Source of the DNA: Mobula hypostoma
Taxonomy: Eukaryota
DNA: 64,000 nt
Direction: 5' to 3'
NCBI RefSeq assembly: GCF_963921235.1
Contig: NC_086097.1
Location: forward strand, 177,508,001 to 177,572,000
Of the stretch, positions 51,403-64,000 are shown one piece after another (positions within the stretch are counted from its first letter, which is position 1; each line of letters opens with the position of its first letter). The notes beneath the pieces are model-generated. The model had not been told where the DNA came from. It did not search any database and saw only the letters and a list, made by a program, of their open reading frames with translations. The translations under genes and the position numbers were made by a program.

Positions 51403-52734
51403 GTATGTTATGTCTTGGTTTTGGGCCAAGACCGTTCTTTCGGGTCCTGATGAAGGATCTCAGCTCGTTTACTCTTTTCCATAGATGATGCCTAGTCTGC
51501 TAAGTTCCTCCAGTATTTTCTGTGTTGCCTGGATTTCTAGCATCTGCAGATTTTCTCTCGTATATGTTTTTTTGGAATTGTTTCCTGTCTTCACAGACAC
51601 TTTCATCTTTTGAGTATTTTCAGCACTGTCTGAAAAGGTGTGAAATGAAACCAAGTTCCCAGTGTACTCAGCAGCTCAGACCTTATTTACAAAGGGAGAA
51701 ACAGAATGAAAGGGATTTTGCTGAAATGTTAATTGTTTCTCTCTCCACAGATGCTGCTTGACCTGCTCAGTCTACTGAGAGTTAATTTACAGGTTACAAA
51801 GAGATGATCTGTGACATGAAATTTGTTTTTCTCTCCACAGATACTTTATGAGCTGTTGTGTATTTCTGGCATTTTCTGCCCTTGCTGGGTATCAGTATTG
51901 TTTACCTAAACACAAATTATGTATAGCTAACAACACAATGTTAATTAAAATGTTTCAGCCAAAAGTTCTTTTAAACTATTTCATTTATCATTTACACTTC
52001 CAGGGAGTGATTGAGGTCAAATGGAGTTATTGTTAAAGTCTTTCTCTTGTGTGGTCTGTAAACCCCAATTTATTTTGCGTACAAGAAGTTGTTGTGCCTG
52101 ATCAAGTACTGTATTGTAAAGGCAACATTTTATTGCCCAGCCTTTGGCCATTTGAGGTTGGTAGTTGAATGTGTTGCTGCCTGTTAACTGAATGGCTGCA
52201 CAGTATCTGTGAGAATGCAGCACTGGGAGGAGGGGGATTTGGGGTGTCTTTTTCCCACCGGTGAATTCTGGAGTAGAATTGGGATTGGTTCATTATTATC
52301 ACATGTACGGAGTGCAGCATAGCAACAACACAGCAATAACATAGTACACCAATCTCTTGTGTGCAAAGTAATTGGAGCTTACAGACAACTCAAGGAACCT
52401 AATTTTAACAAGAGCTGAATTTGACCTCAGTTATTCACTGGAAGTGCAAATAATAAGAAAAGCAGTCTCAGCTAATTTAGTCTGCATCATTTCAATTGGA
52501 CTGGTGTGTCAAATTCAGGCTGTCCCACTTATTATTCTGTGTTGCCAGGACTCAAGAGACGGCGTTGCAGGAAGAGATTGGATAAGCTATTACCTGTTGA
52601 GTTCTTCCAGCAGACCCTGTTGTTGCTGCCCATATCTCTCCCATTCTGACATGCTTTTGAGACCAGTGCTCCCTCAAACGCTTTACCTGAGGCAGTAGCA
52701 CATTGCAAAGGGCCAGCTTAGATTGATTTAAGAC

Positions 52735-53265
52735 CACCTTGGGAGGATTGTGTTCAGTATTTGGTTCCCTGCTATGGGAAAGATGTTGCTAAACTGTAAA
52801 GAGTGATGAAATAATTACTGATATTCCCAGGACTCAAGCAATTGAGATTCTCAGGCAAGAACAAAGTCCCTTATGGAGCCTAAAAAAGGACTTTATGGAG
52901 CTTAGGAGAATGAGGAACATTCTTGTAGAGGTGTATAAAATCATGAAGGGCATGGACAGGTTGAAAATGCAGTCATTTCCCAAGGTTGGGGAATCAAGAA
53001 TTAAAAGGTGCAGATTTAAGGTGAAAGGGGGCAGTTTTTCTAGGAATTTTGAGGGACAACTTTTACAGAATGGTGATAGTATTTACTGTGTGGAATGAGC
53101 TGCCAGAGGAAGTGGTTGAAGCAGGTGCAATAACAAGTGGACAGGTCCATGGGTTTGAAATGTTTTGAGTATTATGGCCCAAACTTAAGCAAGTGGGACT
53201 GGCTTGGATGGGCATCTTGGCCGGCATGGGCCAGATGGGTGAAGGGCCTATTTCTGTACTGCATG
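52735..53265 (+). mobile_element. Degraded CR1-like LINE 3' fragment
   Basis: MELRRMRNILVEVYKIMKGMDRL; WNELPEEVVEAG. Confidence 0.7.
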
Positions 53266-53746
53266 AAGAGATTGGATAGGGTTGATGGGGGTGAGGTGAG
53301 CTAGGAAATATGAAGAAACTAGTGTGAACCTTTTGGAATTCTTAAGTGGCTTGTTTCTCTGCAGCCAATTACAGTAACCCATCAGCATTGATAGGCCTGG
53401 ACTGACAATCTGGACATATCTGTTTTGATCCCACCAGGGCAACTGAGGACTTGAAATTTAGTTTACTAAGCAACCCAAAATGAAACACTAGTCTCGGTAA
53501 CTGGTTTATTATTTTCACATGTACTGAGATACAGTGAAAATCTTTTGCTTGCCATCCAGACAGATCACTCCATACATAAGTGCATTGAGGTAGAATAAAA
53601 CACAGAATGCTGAGTAGCGTGAAAGGATACAGAGAAAGTCAAGTCAATTTTATTGTCATTTAACTGTGTACATGTATATAACTATATAATGTATATAGAA
53701 ACAAGAAAACGTTTCTTTGAACCAGGGTGTAAAGTGCAGTGCAGGT

Positions 53747-54564
53747 TGTCACGTGACCAGCAACAATGAATATAGAACCGAGTCAGGTTTTATAAAAACA
53801 AACAAACATTTATTAAACTTTGCTCAAAAATAGGGAAGTGTATTTAAATGACTAACTTAACCGGAAGTTAACCGCTATACGGCAACTCTGGAACAGTTCT
53901 TAAAAGGGTAAATGCAAAAACAGTTTTTAAAGTGGTAAATTCGAACACAGTTCTTAGAATGGTAAATTTGAAAGTCGGAGAGATTTATGCAGTCAATTAG
54001 GAGAGACTTTCCTGAAGTAAAGAATTCCTCGAAGACGTGTCGTTACTGCTGATCCCAGCCGGAACCTGTGTTGTCCGCAGGGTTCACGACGACAGAAATA
54101 GACGGCTTAAAAGGAACTGACCTTTTTCCTGGCGAGCGACCCTTGCACAAACTTCCTTGCACTTTTGGCAGGAGTTATCTCAGATGCAGGTCACTGTCTC
54201 TTGACCGAAGAATCAATAAGGTCGACCTTTACGAAACTGCCGAACGACACCAACTTTTCTCAATCCTTCGGGTCTCGTACTTTTATAAAGGTCTTCACTC
54301 TCCAATACTACTTATAATAGAAAGTAGAACTCCACTTTAAAACAAAACTGTGTCATAAGCGGAATACACAGCAAAAATGGAGTATCTAACACAAAACTAA
54401 ACTGAAAAAAAACTAACTGCATCACCAGAGGCCTCCCTTTTATATATCTGCTGAGAACAGGTCATCATGTGACCTCACTGGCAGGAAAATTACATGATGT
54501 GACCTCCAAGACCATTACATCATCCTCATAAGACAGTCACAATATATCTATGAAGTATGTAACA
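53747..54564 (-). mobile_element. Solo LTR (818 bp), copy 2
   Basis: TGTCAC...GTAACA termini; flanks AGGT/TGGT (4-bp TSD, one mismatch); colinear with 2211-3047; TATA-like TATATAAAAGGG on minus near 54435-54447. Confidence 0.82.
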
Positions 54565-55454
54565 TGGTGGACAGAGGTGTAAGCACCACGACAAAGTAGA
54601 TTGGTTTCTTGAAGTCATGGGCAGGGCAGTTACCATACCAAGCTGTGATGCAAACATAGATGCTTTCTATGGTGCATCTGTAGAAATTGATGGGAGTCAC
54701 TGGGGAGCAATGATACTGAATAATTTGTAAAAATGCATCCAGTTCACTAATGTCCTTCAAGAAAGGAAATCACCTATCTTGCACAGTCTGGGCAAACTTT
54801 CATCTCCCTCCAGAATGGTCTGGGTAAGTTTAGTTGTATCTCTAGTTAATACTTGCATTGGCAAGGGTCCCTGCAAGTCAGCTGTGACTGGTCTGGCAAA
54901 CAGAGCAGAAGAAATTGACCACTTGGCCCTTTGAACCTGTTGTTCCATTCGGAATGGTCATGGCTGATCTGAGCTTGGCCTTGGCTCCCCTGTTCCACTA
55001 ACCCCAGCTCTCCTGGGTTCCAGTAATTGGAGGAAATGCCTTCATCCCCCACCAATCCTATTTAAGTATATTTAACGTAGAGGTTGATAGGTTCTTGATT
55101 GATAAAAGTGCCAAAGGTTAAGGGGAGAAGGCAGGAGAATGGGATTGAGAGGGAAAATAAATCAGCCATGATTGAATGGTAAGCAGCCTCAGTGGGCAGG
55201 ATGGCTTCATTCTGCTCCCAGGTCTTATGGTCAGATGGACCTGGAAAAACATTGGAATAAGGTTGATGGTGTGCCTATTGGAACAGTACAAGAGGTCCAA
55301 GACCCTTGTGCTTCTGCTTGAATTGTTGTGGAGTGGACAGGCAGAGGTTCTATGAATGGAGAATCGTTGCACCTTCCGTTAATGACCACAGCCAGTAACT
55401 CCCTCCCATCCTCCAGTTCGTCTGTCTCTGATGACCATCAAAATCAAGGGGTTA

Positions 55455-55690
55455 CATGGTAGTGTAGCGGTTAGAGTAACGCTATTACAGCACCAGCGAC
55501 CGGAGTTCAATTCCAATGCTATCTGTAAGGAGTTCGTATGTTCTCCCCGTGACCGCGTGGATTTCCTCTGGGTGTTGAGACTTTCTCCCACGTTCCAAAA
55601 CCTACGTTTAGTAGGTCATGTGGTTGGAATTGGATGATGTGGGTTCACTGGGCTGGAAGGACCTGATACTAGGCTGCATCTTCAAACAGC
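55455..55690 (+). mobile_element. V-SINE/HE1-like SINE
   Basis: GGTAGTGTAGCGGTTAG (A box), GGAGTTCAATTCC (B box), TTCTCCCCGTGACCGCGTGG central domain. Confidence 0.75.
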
Positions 55691-57387
55691 GCTGGGTTAT
55701 CTGTTCCTCGCTACCTTCTGCAAAGGGTAATCTGTACCGACACAAACAGATGCAGCAAACAATGTTCTACAAGGCAGTGAAAGCCCACCTCCAAAAACAC
55801 AGCCGCCGCATCCTAACATTCATCAGCACTCTCAAAGTCAAGTTTGTTGTCACATCCAAAAGTACAAGAGAGCGCAGATGCAATGAAAAACTTGCTCACA
55901 AGCATATATACTACTTATAATAGAAAACAATAAATTAAACATAAATCATGCACAATTTTTAAAAGAAAGATCACAAGTAGAATAAAAAGAGCATACACAA
56001 AATGCTGGAGGAATTCAGCAAGTCAAACAGCATTTATGGAGGGGAATAATCAGACCAGCATTTTGGTGTGTTGCTCGAGATTTCCAGCCTGTGCAGAATC
56101 TCTTGTCTGTAGCATAAAAAGAGTACCCACCATAGTGGAAAGTGGTCATAATGTTGCTATACTGAGGCAGTGATTAGGTTTGTGCAAGTTGATTTAGAAC
56201 TGAATGGTTGTTCTCGAATCATTAGTTGAAAAGAAGTAGCTGTTCTTGAATGTGTTGGTATGAGACTTCAGGCTTCTGTACTTCCTGCCTGACGGTAACT
56301 GTGAGAGGATGTTGGGCAGCTTTGGATATTGCCTTCTTGAAGCAGCACCTGCTGTAGATGCTGGCGATGGTGGAGAGGGGTGTTCCTGTGATGTAGTGGG
56401 CTAAGCCCACTATCTGTGCTGCCTCTTGTGTTTCTGTGCATTTGAACTGTTTTACCGGACCGAGAAGCAGACAGTCAGCTTACTTCAACAATACATCTGT
56501 AGAAGAACTAGCTGGTTCACTCAGTCAACTGGAGGTATTAGAGGTTATTAACTAAAATGTTAACCATTCTAGTTCTGATGTTGTTGGCTGCAGTGTGAGT
56601 GAGAATGGAACGGAGACGTTTGTGCTTGTGTTTTGTAGTGCTTTGAGCTTTTCCCAGCCTCTTCTACAGCAAATGTTTGGGGGGCGGGGTGGAAGTGTTA
56701 CCTGACCCAGGGTTTTCTTAATGGAGGTTTGATCCCATATGACACCAAACCATTTGCACCTTTCAGGCACAGGGGCACTGGTTAACTTGGCTGTGGTGTA
56801 AAATCCCTCAAATACTCTGTGACCTAGTGTGAATTGTCTGTGTAAGATGTTCCTGATTTGCTTTAAGCCCTCCCGGCCTGCTGAGTGATGAAATACAACG
56901 TAGACGAAAGACCTTTGTTTGAAGTGAAGTTCTACTGGTACTGTACTGGTTTGAGTCATGAGGAATACAGGTGTGGGATTATCACTATCTGCAGCCTGAC
57001 TTAGAATACCCCAGTCCTCCCCAGCTTACAAATATCTGACATATCTATGTGGCAGAGTGGCAGGATAGACCTGGTTACATACTGGTACGGGGTGAGAACT
57101 CTGGTTATGAATCGCTCACAGGAATGGAACCCTGACATAACCCAGGGAGCAACCTGGTGTTGCGTATACTTCCATCTCAATATTGCTCAGTCCTGGGACT
57201 CCCCTCCTCAGCATCACTGTGGAGGGCTGTCAAGGGTGGCCATGGGCAATAAGTGCAGATCTTCCCAGTGAGGGGGACAGCCTGAAGAATTTAAAATATC
57301 TTTAAAAAGCCAGGATTTGTTGTCTTTTCTCAAAGTTCATCCAAGCATATTACAAAGATGCTTCTAATCATCTCCTGTACTCTGCAG

Positions 57388-57621
57388 GCATCCCTCCAGC
57401 TACTGGGACAGGAACTCTGCAGATTCTGCTGCTGGATGACAATGATAATGCCCCACAAGTGTTCCCAGAAGAAGTCTCCATCTGTGAGAAGCCCGATCCC
57501 AATGCCATTAACATCACAGCTATCGATCCGGACATTGATCCCAACACTGGGCCTTTCGCCTTCGAGTTGCCTGATGCGCCAGCAGATGTGAGGCGGAACT
57601 GGACTATAACTCGTCTTGATG
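57388..57621 (+). CDS. cdh2: N-cadherin exon (exon 12 equivalent), EC4/EC5
   Basis: gcag|GC...GATG|gtaag, 234 nt; (G)[77 protein letters not shown](G). Confidence 0.97.
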
Positions 57622-57654
57622 GTAAGAGGACAAAGCACTGTCATAGGTTAAACG

Positions 57655-57844
57655 CAGGGTTGGCCAACCTTCTACATTGCACGAGTCAATTTTTTCACTC
57701 ACGAGTTCAGATGCGCCATACAACTCTACCCCAATTCAATTCTTGTAAAAATATGTTAATATAGAACTCGTGCGTGAAAAAATCACATCTGAACTCGTGT
57801 GTGAAAAAATTGATGCATGGAATATAAAAGGTTGGCCACCCCTG
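57655..57844. mobile_element. Palindromic hAT-like MITE (190 bp)
   Basis: TIR CAGGGTTGGCCAACCTT / AAGGTTGGCCACCCCTG extending about 60 bp inward; flanks GGTTAAA(C)G / GGTTAAAG resemble an 8-bp TSD. Confidence 0.75.
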
Positions 57845-59049
57845 GGTTAAAGGATGTGTTCCCATTCTCATTCTCAGGGGCATAACTGCAATTGATTTAT
57901 TATTCTCACATGTACTAAGCTACAGTGAAAAACTCCATGTGCTATCCAGATGGATCATAATTACAATGAGATAGTAAAAAGGGGAAAAACAAAATGCAGG
58001 ATCTAGTGTTCCAGTTCCAGAGAGGGTGCAGTACAGGCAGACAAATAAAGTGCAAGGACACTTTGAGGTGGACTGGGAGATGAAGTTCATCATTTAGTGT
58101 ATGAGGGTCCACTCAAGAGTCTGATGACAGGGGGGGTAGAAGCTGTCCTTGAGCCTGGCAGTATGTTTTCTTAAGCTTTTGAATCTTTTCCCTGATCGGG
58201 GATGGGGAATCGAGGAAGTAAAAAGTGGAAACTGACTGAGTGGAGATGGAGGCTGTTTTTTTGGGATGGACTGGGCATACCAAATCTCCCTGAGCTCCTA
58301 ACAAAGTACAGCTTCTGGTGATCTTTGGGGAATCTGTCGTTCCCAGCCTCAATGACTCTGTCAGAGGCAGATAATTTCAAAAATTCACGACCCTATGAGT
58401 GAATAACTATCCCTCCTTATGAACACATCAATATGCAGGGAATGGAGGAATTTGGACATTGACTAGGCAGATATGATTAGTGGGGAATGTAATAACTATT
58501 TTAACAGAGGTTTGTAGACTCAACCAGTTCTGTTATAGACGCAAACCTTCCCAGCATCAAGAACAACTTCAAAAGGTGGCATCCATGATAAACGACCCTC
58601 ACCATCCAGGAACAAACCTTCTTACAACCTCCATCAGGTGCAGAAGCCTGAAGACACACATTCAATGATTCAGAAACTTTTCTCTCATCAGCAATCCAGA
58701 ATTCGTTCACTATTTATTTACTCTGTAATTTTTATTACACCGTACTGCTGCTACAGAACAACAAATTTTACGTCATACGAGGCAATGATAATAAATCTGA
58801 CTCTGATACCGATCAGTCGGGCAGACCATTGTTGTGGAAAACCTGTTCCTGTGCTGTGCTGCTCGATGCTGCCATGGTGACAGGGGAGATGACAGATGTT
58901 GTAATCTGGAACAAAAATCAAACTGCTAGAGGGATGATTGAGATTACAGGGCAATACCTTGCATCAGGACTAGATGTGGGGTCTCGAACATTCCTTTGCC
59001 TCCCCGAATGCTGCCTGACCTGCTGAGTTCCTCCAGAAGTTTGTTTTCA

Positions 59050-61210
59050 TCCTAAATGGAGTATTATGTTCAGTTCTGGTTGCCTCATTGTAGGAAGGAT
59101 GTGGGAGCTTTAGAGGGGGTGCAGAGGAGACTTCCAGGGTACTGCCTGGATTAGAGAGGATGTCTTATGAGGACAGGTTGAGCAAGCTAGGACTTTACTC
59201 TTCTGAGCGAAGGATGAAAAGAGGTGACTTAATAGAGGTGTGCAAGAAGATAAGAAGCAGGGCAGAAATGGCTAAAATGAGAGGTGATTTTAAGGTGATT
59301 GCAGGGAAGTATAGGAAGGAATGTCTGAGTTGATTTTACGCAGAGAATGGTGGGTGCATGAAACACACTTCCAGGGCTGGTGGTAGAGGCAGATACAGTT
59401 AGGACATTTAAGAGCAGGGGTTCCCAAACTTTTTTATTCCATGGATCCCTACTATTAACCAAGACTCTTGGATAGGCACATGGATGAAAGAAAAATGTAG
59501 CTGGGGTTTTCAGGTTCGGATGGAAAGAGTTTGCTGCTCAGAGAACAGAATGGAAACTGAGCTCTTTCCCAGGTGGATTTCAGCTGCAGGTGGTATTTAA
59601 GTATCTGATTGTCCGCTTGTTCTCATAGAACAGTACGCTACAGTACAGGCCTGCTGACCCATGATCTTATGCTGACCTTTTAACTCGCTCCACAATGAAT
59701 CTAATCCTTCCCATAACCCTCATTTTTTTCTTACGAGAGTCTTAAATGTCACTAATGCTTTAAAAATGAAAATCTGCATAAATTCTTACATCGATTAGGA
59801 GAATAAGCAAAGAAGTGGAATATGGAGTACGGTATAGGGAAGTAGGTCATGCACTTTGGTAGAAGGAATAAAGGCGTAGATTATTTTCTAAATGGGAAGA
59901 AATTTCAAAAATCTGAGATGTAAAGGGATTTGTCCAAAGTTTTCTCTAATTTTTTTTCACAGCTACATGAAACAACTGTTACTCTGAGCAGGAAGTTTTT
60001 ACACAGCAGCTCTTTAAATATTTTTTGTTCTAACAACTTTTATGAAAAAAATTGTAGATTATGATTTTTTTGAAAGATTACTTATTTTTCTTATAAGATT
60101 ACTTAATTTTTCACATCAACCAAACACTAACGATAGCTCACAGCACAAGTAAAATCAGGCAGGCAACAACTGACAGACACAACGGGAAAAGTGAGATGTT
60201 CTCGGCACTTGGGGCCGGTGGATTATTAACAATGAGCTACCAACTTCCTTTCTGAGTTTATTGTTCCAAATTGTAACAGTGCAGTAACTTGAACCACTGA
60301 CAATGTGTATACATTGAAGCTCTAAAATGTTTCAAAGTAAAGATTGTGGTATGTTTATTATTTAGAAAATTTCATTAACTCATAATTAATTACAGGGTAT
60401 GTCATAATTGTATGAACATTATATTGAAGAAATTTCCAGCTGTGCGGCAGCAAAGTCTACGTGCACGGAAACAGTGGACTTGGGAATGCTTGTGCAGGAT
60501 TCCCCAAAAGGTTAACTTGCAGGTGGGGTCAGTGGTAAGGAAGGCAAATGCAATGTTAGCATTCATTTCAAGAGGTCTAGAATATGAAAGCAATGTTGTG
60601 TTGCTGAGGTTTTATAAGGCACTTCTGGGCCCCTTATCTAAGAAAAGATGTGCTGGCGTTGGAAAGGGTATAGAGGCGGTTCATGAGAATGATTCCGAGA
60701 ATGAAAGGGTGAATATGTGAGGAGCTCTTGATGGCCGTGGGCCTGTATTCGCTGGATTTTAGCAGAAAGAGCGTGGGATCTCGTTGAAACCTATCAAATA
60801 TTGAAAGGCCTAAATAGAGTGGATGTGGAGAGGATGTTTCCTATCGCGAGGGGTTTTGGAGGGCATAGCCTCACAATAGATAGACGTCCATTTAGAAACA
60901 TAAAAACATAGAAAGTAGGTGCAGGAGTAGGCCATTCAGCCCTTTGAGCCTGCACCGCCATTCAGTATGATTATGAACAGAGATGAGGAGGAATTTCTTT
61001 AGCCAGAGAGTGATAAATCTGGAATTCATTGCTGTAGACAACAGCGGAGGCCAAATCATTGGATATATTTAAAGCAAAGGTTGATAGGTTCTTGACTGGT
61101 CTGGGCATCAAAGGTTACCTAGAGAAGGCAGAAGAATGGAGTTGGGAGAGATAAGATCAGATTCAATGAGCTGAATGGCCTAATTCTTCTCCTATCTCTT
61201 ATGGTCTTTC
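59050..61210 (+). mobile_element. Successive + strand CR1-like fragments with nested small insertions
   Basis: EYYVQFWLPHCRKD (59060), VNLQVGSVVRKANAMLAFISRGLEY (60510), CR1-type 3'UTR at 61170-61205; short minus CR1 tail at about 60893-60975. Confidence 0.7.
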
Positions 61211-61356
61211 TTGTATAATTTTAGAATCATTTCTTTTTCCTGTGAAAGCTGCATATGTAATGTTATGCTCTGTGAATCCGCTGCAGGTAAGTTTTTTATT
61301 GCACCCGTGCACTCGAGCTATGACAATACACTCAAATTGATCTTTCCACTACTTAG

Positions 61357-61590
61357 GAGATTCTGCACAGTTGAGCCTGAAGATTGGATTCCTAGACGAT
61401 GGCATCTATGAGGTTCCAATAATGATCATGGATTCTGGAAACCCACCCATGTCTGCCACGTCTGTGCTGCTGATCAAAGTCTGTCCGTGTAATGAGAATG
61501 GGGACTGCACCTCAGTTGAAGCTATTGTTGCTGCTGGTTTGGGAACAGGCGCTATCATTGCAATCCTCCTCTGCATCATAATCCTGCTCA
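61357..61590 (+). CDS. cdh2: N-cadherin exon (exon 13 equivalent), EC5 and start of TM helix
   Basis: ttag|GA...CTCA|gtaagt, 234 nt; [77 protein letters not shown](I). Confidence 0.97.
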
Positions 61591-62528
61591 GTAAGTAACT
61601 TGGGTCTTCTTCATCCTTTACATAAAATGGACATGCATCTTTACAGAGGTGCAAGGGGAAGGAGGATAAACTTGAGTTGTTGTCTCCAGAGTGTCAGAGG
61701 CTGAGGTGAAACTTGATAGAAGTTTATAAAGTTGTGGGAGGCATCGATAGAGCTGTCTGCCAGAATCTCTTTCCCAGGGTTGGAATGTCTAACACCAAAG
61801 ACCATACATTTTAAGGTGAGAGAGGACAAGTTCAAAAGTGATGTGCAGCCTAGTGGGTGTCTGGATTGTGCGGCCAGGAATGGTGGTGGAGGCAAAAACA
61901 AGGAAGATATTTTATGAGGCTCAGATAGGCAAATGAGTATACAGAGAATGGAGAGAAATAAACATTGTGCAGACAGAAGGGGTTAGTTTGCTTCGGTGTT
62001 TAATTATTAGCTTAATTATTTCTGCAAAGACTCTTGGTCTGAGGAACCTGTTCCTGTTTGCACTGTTCTGTGTGCAGTTTGGTAGGTTAATTAGCTGCAG
62101 TGAATTGCTCTCGTGCATGTACAAGTAGGAGAACATGGGAGGAGTTGATAAAGAATGTGGGGAGAATTAAAAGAGAGATGATTGTAGGATCGATGTAAAT
62201 TGGAGCTTGAGGGTCGGCACCGACTCAGAAGGCAGAAGGGCCTCTCTGTGAGTCAGTGCTGTTTTCTGAAGGTCACTGCAGCTGGAGCATCATCTGTTTC
62301 TCCTTCCTTGGATGCTGCTTGGCTTATTGTGTCTTTTGCAACGTTTTCCGCTCCTATCCCCAAATGTGTTGCATCAGTCTTTGCCGGATTGTGTGCAGAT
62401 GATACAGTGAGCCATTCAGCCCCTGGGGTGGGGGTGGGTGGGAATTGTTCTGTCCTTTCATCCAGCCCAAAGCAGGAGACTTTGAGCAGTTAGATGGTTT
62501 TGCTGCTGCTACCGTTTTCCTGTACTGA

Positions 62529-62819
<291 letters not shown>

Positions 62820-63414
62820 TGACACCCATCAGACATTCAAGGTTCAAAGTAAGTTTATTGTCAAAGGATGTATATGGAACCATTTACTATGCTTAAGACT
62901 AATTTTCCTGCAGGCATTTACAGGTAAAAGTAAAGAATACAATAGAATTTACAAAAATCTATACAAAGACGGACAAAAGAAGATAAACTGTGCTTTGGTC
63001 GTTTGTAAGTCACAGGAGCAGTGCAAGGCCCTTTTGGCTCATAGAGTCTGCTCTGCCATTCATCCATGACTGATTTATTTTCCCTCTCAACCCCTCTCTA
63101 CTACCCCTCCCTGGAATTTTTGACACCCTTTCTAATCAACCTTTACTTTTAAAAATTCCTAATGACTTGGCCTTCATAGCCACCTGTGGCAGTGGATTCC
63201 ACAGATTCAACGCCCTCTTCTAAAGAAATTCGTTCTCATCTCTGTTCTAAAGGGGCATTCTTCTATTCTGATGCTTTCCACCCAGTCCTCGACTTTCCCA
63301 CCACTAGAAACATCCTCTGCATGCCCATTTTATTGAGGCCTTTCTATATTCTGTAGAGTTTAATCCTGACCTCAGTATATGTGGAATTTGCATGTTCTTG
63401 TGTAATTGGTAATT

Positions 63415-64000
63415 TGCTAATGCACATGTCCCAAGGTACAGTGGAAAATCTTTTTTTTGCATGTCATCCATTGTGATCTTTTCACCACATCAGTACACTG
63501 AGGTAATAGAGGGGAAAACAATAATAGAGTGCAGAATAAAATGTTACAGTTACAGAGAAGGTGCAGTGCAGGCAGAGAATAAGGCCATAGCGAGGTAGAT
63601 TGTAAGGCCAAGAGTTAACCTTACTGTACCAGGGACTATTCGATATAACTGCAGAATAAAAGCTTTCCCTGAGCCTGGTGCTACATTTGTATCTTCTTCC
63701 CGATGGGCGTGGGGAGAAGAGAGAATGTCTGAGGTGGGTGAGGCCCTTGATTATGTTGGCGACTTTAGCAAGGCGGTGAGAAGTGTGAACAGAGTCCGTA
63801 GAGGGGAAGCTGGTTTCCATGATGTGTTGAGCTGTGCCCAAAACTGCAGTTTCTTGTGGCCTCGGCAGAGCAGTTGCCATACCTAACTGTGACGCATTCA
63901 GATAGGATGCTTCATGGGTATGTCTATTTGTGCGTTTCCTCTGGGTGCTCTGGATGAGATTAGTGTAGATCGCTGTAAATGGGTGACGGATGGTTAGCAC
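63415..64000 (-). mobile_element. Rex1-like LINE 3' fragment (runs off window end)
   Basis: KVANIIKGLTHLRHSLFSPRPSGRRY..LRESFYSAVI. Confidence 0.7.

Noticed and set aside
55455..55520. tRNA gene
   Set aside because: A and B boxes are present but continue into the SINE central domain with no complete cloverleaf; the same holds at 23553 and 18186

Overview
This is eukaryotic vertebrate genomic DNA, probably a cartilaginous fish (shark/ray); that is inferred from the CR1, Rex1, V-SINE and Penelope repeat mix, not shown. The only host gene I can support is N-cadherin (cdh2) on the + strand. Ten consecutive GT-AG exons (equivalent to human exons 5-14) splice to 1803 nt / 601 codons without a stop, covering EC1 (part) to EC5, the TM helix and the p120-binding juxtamembrane region. 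The 5' and 3' exons lie outside the window. Most of the intronic sequence is transposon-derived, and most listed ORFs are LINE debris or antisense shadows. Main points of interest: (1) a Sleeping Beauty-like IR/DR Tc1 element (31057-34437) that looks very close to the salmonid-type transposase, a horizontal-transfer candidate, carrying nested Penelope and L1 insertions with readable TSDs; (2) a Penelope-like insertion (18525-19762) with an intact minimal hammerhead ribozyme in the sense of the cdh2 pre-mRNA plus its own 235-bp antisense copy; (3) two related solo LTRs, one nested in a Rex1 LINE that sits in a SINE; (4) repeat-poor intronic islands with RFX X-box and SOX motifs. I see no wholly new gene system; the findings are unusual configurations of known element classes. 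Boundaries of old repeats are approximate and family calls were made by eye.
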